IMG/VR virus record: IMGVR_UViG_3300030524_000001
Origin: a virus
DNA: 29,295 nt
Direction: 5' to 3' (one strand)
Made by a program: the position numbers and the translations under genes. The notes beneath the pieces are model-generated. The model made no database searches, was not told the DNA's origin, and was given only the letters and a program-made list of their open reading frames with translations. Below, piece after piece: positions 6,983 through 14,812 of the stretch. Positions within the stretch are counted from its first letter, which is position 1. Every line of letters begins with the position of its first letter.

Positions 6983-7167
6983 CGGCGCTTGCTGCTTTTG
7001 CGCCAAGAGAGCCCGTCGCCGATCCGCACGGAGGTGGTCCGGCGGCCGGTGCTGCTCAGCGTCTCGTGGACGCGGCCGGAGCCGAGGGTGATCGACCGGG
7101 ACTTGCCGTTGAGGTTGAGCTTGACGCCAGGGAAGATCTTGAAAGACCTGCGGAAACGGAACGGCAT
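6979..7167 (-). CDS. DUF4236-family protein
   Basis: MPFRFRRSFKIFPGVKLNL..S.S.T.G signature; AAGGAG RBS. Confidence 0.85.
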   Translation of the reverse strand: MPFRFRRSFKIFPGVKLNLNGKSRSITLGSGRVHETLSSTGRRTTSVRIGDGLSWRKSSKRR

Positions 7168-7218
7168 TGCGGGCTCCTTCGAGGGTTACTGGGTGAGACG
7201 CCGGACGGTGCCCGGCGG

Positions 7219-7818
7219 TTACTGCTCGGCTGCGACACGGGCGGCGTTGTCCATGTCCGCATCCGTCTGCGGGGTGCCGCCGCCGTTGACGAGCAGGTAG
7301 AACGCGGCTTCGTCGGCCTCGGTGGCGCAGTCCTTCGTCTCGGCGACGAGGAGCGAGCAGTAGCGCTCCATGAACCGCTGGCCCTTGAGGGTGAGGCCGC
7401 TGTGGCGGACGAAGGGCCCGTCGCCGGTGCCCTCGGTGGTTGCGACGTGATCTGCGGGGAACCAGCTGGCGGGGACTGCGAACTCGCTGTCGAACCAGGC
7501 GACGGCGGTGGTGAGGCGCTGCTTGCCGTCGACGCACGCCCACAGCGACTCGCCGGTCTCGTAGGGGTCGCGGCCGGGGTTGGCCTTGGCCCAGGCGGTG
7601 TTGCAGCGGTCGGCGAGGATGACGACCCCGGCGGGCAGGCCGCGCATCCAGCTCTCGACGAGGGCGATGCGCTGGTCGCCAGTCCAGACCTTGCCGCGCT
7701 GGTAGGGCGGGTCGATGTTGATCTCGCCGTCCCGGACGCGGCGGGCCAGCCAGTTGGCGCCCTGGAACGACGGGTTGAGGCTCGTATGTTCGAGCGGGGT
7801 GATGGTCTGGCGGGTCAC
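7219..7818 (-). CDS. Stand-alone DUF262 (GmrS/ParB-Srx-like) protein
   Basis: PPYQRG.VW and VDGKQRLT motifs; AAGGAG RBS, GTG 7818. Confidence 0.85.
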   Translation of the reverse strand: MTRQTITPLEHTSLNPSFQGANWLARRVRDGEINIDPPYQRGKVWTGDQRIALVESWMRGLPAGVVILADRCNTAWAKANPGRDPYETGESLWACVDGKQRLTTAVAWFDSEFAVPASWFPADHVATTEGTGDGPFVRHSGLTLKGQRFMERYCSLLVAETKDCATEADEAAFYLLVNGGGTPQTDADMDNAARVAAEQ

Positions 7819-7852
7819 GGCGGGCTCCTTGATCGGGTCGGGTGGCGGGCTT

Positions 7853-8197
7853 CTACCAGGGGTCGATGTTGAGGTCGTCGCTCCAGTGCTGGCCGTCGTG
7901 GCCTGACAGCAGGCCACAGGTCGCGTTGTCGTCCGGCGGTACGGCACCACAGCGACTGGAGTTCTTCGCCCCCGGCCTGCGGTCGTTGTGCTCGTCGGCT
8001 TCCAAGGCGTTGCGCTCCAGGCGGTCCGCGAGGTGGCGAGCCATGGTCGGCGTGAGCTCAATCTCGATCTCGCGTCCGGCGCTGCTTCCGGGAGTGGTCA
8101 CAACCACGGTGACTGTGACGACGGTGCTGCCGCCGATCACCATGCGGGTGTCGATCTTGCGCCAGCTGGCGAGCCACGGCTTCATGCGACCGGCCAT
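7853..8197 (-). CDS. Hypothetical protein with C-terminal C..C..GH.G.H motif
   Basis: TGATG overlap at 8195-8199. Confidence 0.65.
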   Translation of the reverse strand: MAGRMKPWLASWRKIDTRMVIGGSTVVTVTVVVTTPGSSAGREIEIELTPTMARHLADRLERNALEADEHNDRRPGAKNSSRCGAVPPDDNATCGLLSGHDGQHWSDDLNIDPW

Positions 8198-8916
8198 CAG
8201 TTCTCGTCCTCGTCGGCCTCGGTGTTGCAGTCTGCGCAGGTCCCGGCTGGCTGGTCCTCGTGCTCGCGGCAGACCGCGACAATCCGGTAGTCCCCGTCCG
8301 CGTCTTCGGCGAGGAATTCGGCGGCGTCGTTGGCGGCCTTCAGGGCGCAGTCGCGGGAGTGGACGAAGCCGCCGTCGTTCTCGTTCCAGATGCCGTAGGT
8401 GACACCGGACTCGCACGCGGGGACGGGCAGCGCGTCGGCGTGCGCGCCGCGCTCGTCGGTCACGTGGTGGCCGATGCAGATGGGCTTGACCGTGAAGGTG
8501 ATGCCCTCGTTGGCGGGGTCGCTGGTGTAGTTCGCGGCGGTGGCCCCGGCGGCGATGCGGCCGTAGTCGCCCCGGAAGCCGTCCTCGGTGAGGTCGCCGT
8601 CGGCGAAGACGCCGTATGCCTGCTGCGGGGTAGTGGTCTCGGTCATGGCGGTTGCCTCCTTGGCGGCCTGGTCGGCCTGCTCCTGCTGGATGGTGCGGAC
8701 GTATTCGACGGCTTCGCGCTTGGTGGTGAACTCACTGTCGGCGTGGTATTCGCCGGGGCTGGTGAGCATCCAGCGGGGTCCGCGCGGCAGGCCCTTTAGG
8801 AAGTCGTCGCTGGTGTCGACGGGGCAGTTCTGGAGCTGGTAGGTACCAGCCGGGGTGTCGATGTCATAGGAGCCGGCGCAGCGCTTGCGGACTGTGACGG
8901 TCACCGCGTTCGACAT
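8197..8916 (-). CDS. Hypothetical, possibly fused, acidic protein
   Basis: AGGGAG RBS at ATG 8916; second AAGGAGG before the in-frame ATG 8646. Confidence 0.7.
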   Translation of the reverse strand: MSNAVTVTVRKRCAGSYDIDTPAGTYQLQNCPVDTSDDFLKGLPRGPRWMLTSPGEYHADSEFTTKREAVEYVRTIQQEQADQAAKEATAMTETTTPQQAYGVFADGDLTEDGFRGDYGRIAAGATAANYTSDPANEGITFTVKPICIGHHVTDERGAHADALPVPACESGVTYGIWNENDGGFVHSRDCALKAANDAAEFLAEDADGDYRIVAVCREHEDQPAGTCADCNTEADEDEN

Positions 8917-8955
8917 CTTGGTCTCCCTGGCTGCTCGGGCTTTCCTTCTGCTTCC

Positions 8956-9036
8956 AGCATGGCGGATAGCTAGGTACTCTGTCAACAGGTTTACAGCGCA
9001 GAACATGTTGACTAGGGAAATGGGAACCGCAATGAT
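8956..9036. promoter_or_regulatory. Divergent promoters with inverted-repeat operator
   Basis: GTCAACAGGTT (8981-8991) / AACATGTTGAC (9002-9012) overlap TTGACA (-) and TTGACT (+). Confidence 0.6.
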
Positions 9037-9042
9037 CGGACC

Positions 9043-9258
9043 ATGACCACGACCGAACTCGTCGGCCTCACCGAAATCGGGCAGATGTTCAACATCTCCC
9101 GACAGCGCGCCTACGCCCTCGCCAAGAAGCGCGGATTCCCCGAACCCGTCAGCACACTCAGCACCGGCCGCGTCTGGGAGAAGGGCGCAGTCGCGGCATG
9201 GGGCGAGACCTGGGACCGGAGCAACACGGGCGGACGGCCACCCAAGCCCGACGCCTGA
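9043..9258 (+). CDS. AlpA-like HTH regulator
   Basis: LVGLTEIGQMFNISRQRAY..GFPEP..L..GRVW. Confidence 0.85.
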   Translation: MTTTELVGLTEIGQMFNISRQRAYALAKKRGFPEPVSTLSTGRVWEKGAVAAWGETWDRSNTGGRPPKPDA

Positions 9259-9261
9259 CCC

Positions 9262-9933
9262 TCACCGCCACGGCGGCGCACCGCCCGCAGCCCACGCCCC
9301 GAGCTGGTCGCCGTTCACCAGCCGCAGCGGCACCGGCAGCTTGCCGTTGAGCCTGACCGCGTCGCGCGTGAAATCCGACGTCGTAACCACGGCCGCGAGC
9401 TGCGTGCGATGCACATCCCGGTACATGCCGTTGACGGCCTGGACCACACCCGACGCGACACGATTACCGAGCTGGTACCGCTTCGCCTGAATCAGGATCC
9501 GCCGGTTGCGAGGCAGCCACGCCTGCCACCACCGCCGATCCGGCAGCGTCGCGAGGACGTCCGCAGCATGGTCGTTGGCGCCACCGACACGCACGACGTT
9601 GGTGCAGCCGTCACGGCGGCACAGGTCGGCGAGGGCGTACTCGAACTGGACGTCGTCCATGCGCAGGAAGTCCGCGAGGGCATGGGTCCGCTGGACACGC
9701 TGCTGCTCGCGGCGACGCCGCACCTGCCGGCGCACACCGGCCGCGAGGCCTGCGGCGGCCAGCAGCAGGACGGCGACGGTGATGCTCACCTCCGCGTGCG
9801 CAACGACCAGCCGGTACAGCGCCACCGCGCACCACGCCAGCACCGCGACGACCACGACCACCGTCAGCGGATGGCGGCGGCGACGACGCATACGACGGGC
9901 CGGACGGCGACGGGCGCGGGCAGGTGCGGTCAT
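9262..9933 (-). CDS. Membrane-anchored Mrr-family (PD-(D/E)XK) endonuclease
   Basis: Two N-terminal TM segments; FE...GGAND.AADV..IQAKRY..VVTTSDFT..A; ATGA overlap with the FtsK-like gene. Confidence 0.88.
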   Translation of the reverse strand: MTAPARARRRPARRMRRRRRHPLTVVVVVAVLAWCAVALYRLVVAHAEVSITVAVLLLAAAGLAAGVRRQVRRRREQQRVQRTHALADFLRMDDVQFEYALADLCRRDGCTNVVRVGGANDHAADVLATLPDRRWWQAWLPRNRRILIQAKRYQLGNRVASGVVQAVNGMYRDVHRTQLAAVVTTSDFTRDAVRLNGKLPVPLRLVNGDQLGAWAAGGAPPWR

Positions 9934-12197
9934 GATTCGCCTCCGGTGACGGGCAGTCCGTACTCGCCACCGGCACCGGGGTTGCGGGTGACAGCCCCGT
10001 CCTTGGCGAGGCGGCTGAGGGTGTTCTCGACAGTCTTACGGGCCACGCCGGTCATCTCGGTGATCTGGTCCAGATGCAGATAGCCGACGTCCAAGTCGAG
10101 GGGGTCGCGGCGCTCGGCGAGGACACGGAGGATCTTCTCCTGCGCGGTCGGTTCCTTGGCGAGAACGGGGCCCGGCCGGGCGGGTGCCCACTTCGACGTG
10201 CCGTCCTCCTCGTCCTCGGCAGCCGGGCCGACGGAGACCAGGGCGATCTCGTCGCGGTCATCCCAGTCGGGGAAGTCCGCCGGGATCGTGATGCGCTCGG
10301 GGTCGAAGTGGCCGGCCGCGGATTCCAGGATCCAGGCGCGCATCATCTCGGCGCGCTCGTCGGGGCCGACGACGTAGCCGACGCCGAAGGTACGGCGCGG
10401 GTCGTCCTCGGGCATGTCCGGGTCGTAGATCAGGGACTCGTCGTCACTCGCCCAGAACGCCGGGATCTTGGACGGGTCGACGCCCTCGAAGCTGTCGGGC
10501 AGGTCGACGCGGTTCTTCTGCGCGCCGTCGGAGCGCAGCAGGATCAGAGCACCGCCGTAGAACACGTTGTCGCGGATCGCCGTGTCCCCGGCCATCTTGT
10601 CCAGGTTGATGATCTGCCCGAACAGGACCAGGCACATGCCGAGCGAGCGGCCCTGCTCGGCGATAGCGGCGACGATGAACCCGGCCTCGGCCCGGTTGAT
10701 CGCCTTGTCGCCGAGCAGCTGCGCGAACTCGTCCAGGATGACGGCCACGAACGGGCGCTCCGCAGTGGCCTGGAAGTTCTTCATCCTCAGCCGCTGGGAC
10801 TGTGCGACGCGGTGCAGAAGGATCGCATAGGCCAGGCGCAGCGCACCCATCGCGCCGTCGATGCCGCAGCCGGGGTAGGCGGCCATGTCCTCGACGTCGG
10901 GGTTGGAGGAGCCCTTCGGGTCGGCGTAGATGATCGCGACGCCGTTGACGTGGTAGCTCAGGCCGAGGAGTTGCAGGACGCCGCCCTTGCCGGAGCCGGT
11001 GACGCCTGCGCCCAGGACGTGGCGGGCGCCGCCCTTGTCGTCGTAGAGCTGGATGCGAGCGGGGCGGCCGGAGATCCCGGTGCCCAGTTCCACGTAGCCG
11101 TTCCTGTTGGCGACCAGGGCGGCCGGGCCGGGCAGGGGCATGCCCTCTTCGAGTGGCGAGCGGTCCATGAGCCGCAGTTTGGCCCGGCGGGGGTTGCGGG
11201 TCGCCTCGACCGATGCCAGCAGGGTGGTGGTGCGCAGTGCCCCGGCGATGCGCCAGGCGTCGGGCATGGTGATGGCATCGGTGTCCTCGTCGGCGACGAT
11301 CCACGCTGCGACACCCCCGGTCGCCGGGTCGGGCACGGTGCCTTCGAGGTGGGTGCCGGGCATGCAGCCGCCCCGGTGACCCACCCGGCGCAGCCACAGT
11401 GCGTCCAGGGCGCTGTACTGGGGTTCGTCAACGACGGGGGCAACCATGTGGACCAGGATGCGGCGGGCACTGGTGTGCGGGCCCTCGGTGATGAGGACCT
11501 GCTCGATGGGAATGCGGTAGACGCCGGACACGGTCTCGGCGGTCACGGACACCGGGCGGCCCGGCTCGGCCTCGATCGTGCCCTCCCACGCCTCGGGGCT
11601 GCGGCCGGTCAGGGTGAGGTGGTTGCCGGGGTGGGCGCCGTCCTCGCGGGAGATGTGAATGTGCCAGGGCATCAGGACGTCATCGCCAGGCGTCGGGGGC
11701 GCGGCTGGCCCGGGGCTGGCGGGTGCCTGGTAGGCGGCGGCGTGGTGGTGGCCGCGCAGGACGCGGCGCAGCGAGAACGCGACATGCCCGGTCGCGCCCC
11801 ACCACGCCAGCGAGACCAGCCCGGATACCGACGGCAGTGCCATCCATCCGGCGGCCAGGGCGTCGATGCCGGGCCAGCCGTTCAAGGTCGCTGTTGCTGC
11901 TGCCGTGGCGGTCGCGATCGCCGAGACGAGGAACGGTTGCCGGTGGGCGCGCAGCACGTCGCCGCCGGGCATGGCGTCCAGGGCGTCGTCGGGCAGCAGC
12001 CGCATGAAGTTCGCGCCGGCGGCGAGCGCGGGGACGGCGAGGAGGATGCTGACGGTGCTCGCGGCCGAGGTGTCCAGCAGCGGCATGGTGAGGGCCGTTG
12101 CCAGTGGTGCGGCGACCTGGGCGATGGCGAAGCGCTTCTCCGCGCGCGGGTTCGGCATGTGCACGGCGGCAGGCGCGGTCTCGTTGGTGGCCATCAT
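9930..12197 (-). CDS. FtsK/SpoIIIE-type DNA translocase (Streptomyces TraB-like)
   Basis: N-terminal TM helices, Walker A GVTGSGKG, ADPKG, Walker B VILDEF, GRSLG, C-terminal wHTH. Confidence 0.85.
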   Translation of the reverse strand: MMATNETAPAAVHMPNPRAEKRFAIAQVAAPLATALTMPLLDTSAASTVSILLAVPALAAGANFMRLLPDDALDAMPGGDVLRAHRQPFLVSAIATATAAATATLNGWPGIDALAAGWMALPSVSGLVSLAWWGATGHVAFSLRRVLRGHHHAAAYQAPASPGPAAPPTPGDDVLMPWHIHISREDGAHPGNHLTLTGRSPEAWEGTIEAEPGRPVSVTAETVSGVYRIPIEQVLITEGPHTSARRILVHMVAPVVDEPQYSALDALWLRRVGHRGGCMPGTHLEGTVPDPATGGVAAWIVADEDTDAITMPDAWRIAGALRTTTLLASVEATRNPRRAKLRLMDRSPLEEGMPLPGPAALVANRNGYVELGTGISGRPARIQLYDDKGGARHVLGAGVTGSGKGGVLQLLGLSYHVNGVAIIYADPKGSSNPDVEDMAAYPGCGIDGAMGALRLAYAILLHRVAQSQRLRMKNFQATAERPFVAVILDEFAQLLGDKAINRAEAGFIVAAIAEQGRSLGMCLVLFGQIINLDKMAGDTAIRDNVFYGGALILLRSDGAQKNRVDLPDSFEGVDPSKIPAFWASDDESLIYDPDMPEDDPRRTFGVGYVVGPDERAEMMRAWILESAAGHFDPERITIPADFPDWDDRDEIALVSVGPAAEDEEDGTSKWAPARPGPVLAKEPTAQEKILRVLAERRDPLDLDVGYLHLDQITEMTGVARKTVENTLSRLAKDGAVTRNPGAGGEYGLPVTGGES

Positions 12198-12565
12198 CAA
12201 TCCTGCGTGTACCAGCCGCGGGCGGCCATGGGGGCGGGGGACCGGTCGGCGGCTTCCTTGATGCCGCCGTGCGTGGCGACGGTCTCCCGCTCGGCGGCCG
12301 CCGCGACCCGGGATGCCTCGTCGGCGGCGTTGGCGTAGGCGATCGCGGCGGTGGACAGGCCCTGCATGATGCGGGCGACCTCGCGGGTCTCGGCAACCGT
12401 GGCGGTGTCGACGTGAAGGGTCGAGATCTGTTCGGCGACACGGCCGGTGTCCTTGGCGTGGTCGTTCATCGCGGTCGCGATCTTCTTGTGGGCGGCGGTG
12501 GCGCGGCGCACGTCCGAGGCCAGGGCCCGCGCCTCACGCAGCAGCTCACGGTAGGTGATTGCCAT
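12197..12565 (-). CDS. Small helical transfer-region protein
   Basis: Ala-rich helices; C-terminal HGGI..A...SP...A...WY; TGATG coupling to the translocase. Confidence 0.8.
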   Translation of the reverse strand: MAITYRELLREARALASDVRRATAAHKKIATAMNDHAKDTGRVAEQISTLHVDTATVAETREVARIMQGLSTAAIAYANAADEASRVAAAAERETVATHGGIKEAADRSPAPMAARGWYTQD

Positions 12566-12567
12566 GG

Positions 12568-14109
12568 TCAGCTCCCCGCCTTGTCCTGGTAGAACTCGCG
12601 TTCGGCGGGCGCGGTCAGCGGCGAGTCGACGACCGCGCGGTAGATGCCGCCGTGCCGGGTCTCGGCATTGGCTGCCAAGGTGTTCACGGCCTCGCTGCCG
12701 CGCTGCGCGTTCTTCTCGATGTCCTCGGCGCGGCCGCGCAGCACCTGGGCCCGCTCGGCGAGACGCCCCAACAGGGCGACGATCCTGTCGCCGCCCTTGA
12801 CTGTCTTCGCGTCCTCGGACAGGCGCTGCGCCCGCGACGCCAGGTCGACGGCCTGCACACGGGTGTCCTTGCTGCGCTCCGCGATCCGGCCCAGCGCCGC
12901 CTTCTTCTCCGCGAGGCGCCGCTCGAATGCCTTGAGGGTGCGGACTTCGCCGCGGCTCATGGTGTGCTGCTCGCCACCGGCGGCGGTGAACGCGACGGCC
13001 TTGTCGTTGACGGCAGTCACCTGCACGGGCACCGCGGCGGCGGGCTTCTTCGCGAGGTCGACGGTCGATCCGGCGGCCGGGGCCATCTTCGGTGCGGCTT
13101 TCTGCTGGGGCCGGGAGGCGTTGCGTGCCCGCGTGTCGGTCATGGTTCGGCCTTCGGCCTTGTCGGTGGCCGTACGGTCGTCCCAGCCGTCGAGGGCGCC
13201 ATCACGGTAGGCCCTCGCGTGGCCGGTGACGGCAGCAACCCGGGTGCCGTCGCGGTATCCGGCCTCGCGCGCGGGCTTGGTCCGCAGCGTGGGTCCGGCC
13301 GGCGCGGCTGGCGTGGCCGGGCCGGTGCCGCCCGCAGTCTGGGTGTCCTTCGCCGGTCCGCCGGGCGGCGTGCCGGCAGGTTTGGTGGCCGCGGTCTTGC
13401 CGTTCGGGTCGGCCGGGCTCTTCGGGTCGGGCTTCTTCGCCAGGTCCGGGCCGGAGGGGCGCGCGGCAGCGGCCGGTGTCGAGGGTCCCGGCGTCTTGGC
13501 TGCGGCGCTGTCCTTCGCGCCCCCGGGCCGGGTGGCCTTGGCGGCCGGGCCCTTGGGTGAGGTGTCGCCCTTCGACGCTTTGGTGCGCGTGGACTTCGCG
13601 TCGGTCGTGGCAGCCTTCTTGACGTCGCTGCCCGTCCGGCCGTGGCGCTGCTGCACCTTGTTGTTGAGGTCTGCGACCTTGGCGTCGCGGCTGGTGCGGC
13701 TCTGGCCGTCCTGCTTGGCGAGGCGTCCAGCGCTGTTCGTGCTGCTGGCGGTGTTGGTGCCGCCGGAGGCCCGGGTCTCGGCGATAGTGTGGGTGCGCTT
13801 GACGCTGGTGCCGCCGCGGCGGATCCGCTCGGCCAGGGCGTGGCCGAGCGCGGCCACGACACTGCCACGCCCGCCGGCCTTGACCGAGTCGGCATTGCCC
13901 GTAGCGTCCTTGCTGCTTGTAGCGTCGGCGGCCTGCTTCATGGCCGCCGTCGTTCCGAGCGGCCGGACCGGGCGGGCGGGCTCCACCGGGGTGAGGAGCT
14001 TCGCGAGCGGCCCCGGGCCAGCAGTCGGGGCAGCTGCCTCGGGCCCGCTCGCCGGGCCGTGCTCCTCGCCCGGAGCGGTTGCCTCGGTCGCTTCAGTCGC
14101 TGTCGCCAT
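12568..14109 (-). CDS. Large low-complexity transfer-region protein with C-terminal helical domain
   Basis: GAGGAG RBS, ATG 14109; C-terminal HGGIYRAVVDSP..A..FY. Confidence 0.8.
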   Translation of the reverse strand: MATATEATEATAPGEEHGPASGPEAAAPTAGPGPLAKLLTPVEPARPVRPLGTTAAMKQAADATSSKDATGNADSVKAGGRGSVVAALGHALAERIRRGGTSVKRTHTIAETRASGGTNTASSTNSAGRLAKQDGQSRTSRDAKVADLNNKVQQRHGRTGSDVKKAATTDAKSTRTKASKGDTSPKGPAAKATRPGGAKDSAAAKTPGPSTPAAAARPSGPDLAKKPDPKSPADPNGKTAATKPAGTPPGGPAKDTQTAGGTGPATPAAPAGPTLRTKPAREAGYRDGTRVAAVTGHARAYRDGALDGWDDRTATDKAEGRTMTDTRARNASRPQQKAAPKMAPAAGSTVDLAKKPAAAVPVQVTAVNDKAVAFTAAGGEQHTMSRGEVRTLKAFERRLAEKKAALGRIAERSKDTRVQAVDLASRAQRLSEDAKTVKGGDRIVALLGRLAERAQVLRGRAEDIEKNAQRGSEAVNTLAANAETRHGGIYRAVVDSPLTAPAEREFYQDKAGS

Positions 14110-14136
14110 CACCGCACTCCTCTCGCTCAGATGGGT

Positions 14137-14242
14137 CTCCCACCCACCCCCCCACCCGACCCCCAGAACACGGGACCAGGGCTCTGACCTGCACGGGAGG
14201 GCCCTTGCGGGTCTTTCCCGGCGGGCGGGGGGTGGGTGGGAG
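14137..14242. repeat. Intergenic C/G-run inverted repeat
   Basis: CTCCCACCCACCCCCC (14137-14152) ... GGGGGGTGGGTGGGAG (14227-14242). Confidence 0.75.
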
Positions 14243-14246
14243 GAGG

Positions 14247-14792
14247 TCACGAACTACGGACAGGGAAGCGCTTCTTCACCGCGCCGAACGTCAGCACACC
14301 GCCGACGGAGACCAGCACGACCAGCCCGATGCCCGAGCCCGACCCGGACCCGTTGCTCACGCTGGAAGTACTGGAGGTGTCCGTCAGCGCCGGGGAACTC
14401 ACCACCGGGTAGATCTGCCCGCACTCCGACACCGCGCCGTAGTTACTCCCGGCCTCCGCGATACAGGCCTCCACGGCGAGACGACGGGCCTTCTCAGCTG
14501 GGGTTTCCTGCGCTGCGGCCTGCGCCAGAGCCGCGGCCTGCTGCTGGCTGGCCAGGTTCACCTTCGCGGTGTCCAGGGCGAGCTGCTCCTGCTGGACGTG
14601 CGCGTTGGCCTGCGACGTCTCGTACTGCGACCACGTCCACATCCCCGCCGCCGCCACGACAGCGAAGCCAAGACCGAGACCGGCCTTGGCGCGCGGCGAC
14701 AACTTCGCTGGTGGGGGCGACTCCGGCTCCGGGTTCTTCCACGGCGGGACCGTCGTGATGTTGTAGGGGTTGGTGAAGGGGGACTCGTTCAT
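14247..14792 (-). CDS. Two-TM membrane protein with coiled coil (spread-type)
   Basis: Hydrophobic segments near both ends; position in the transfer operon. Confidence 0.75.
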   Translation of the reverse strand: MNESPFTNPYNITTVPPWKNPEPESPPPAKLSPRAKAGLGLGFAVVAAAGMWTWSQYETSQANAHVQQEQLALDTAKVNLASQQQAAALAQAAAQETPAEKARRLAVEACIAEAGSNYGAVSECGQIYPVVSSPALTDTSSTSSVSNGSGSGSGIGLVVLVSVGGVLTFGAVKKRFPVRSS

Positions 14793-14812
14793 CGGTCTCT
14801 CGGTCTCCGGAT

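Noticed and set aside
7780-7795. LexA/SOS-box-like GTTCGA half site
   Set aside because: Inside a CDS and lacks the TCGAAC half
10074-12338. Long antisense ORFs (also 13226..14758, 14870..16321, 25309..26574, 27136..28422)
   Set aside because: Shadow frames of GC3-rich genes on the other strand; no RBS or motifs
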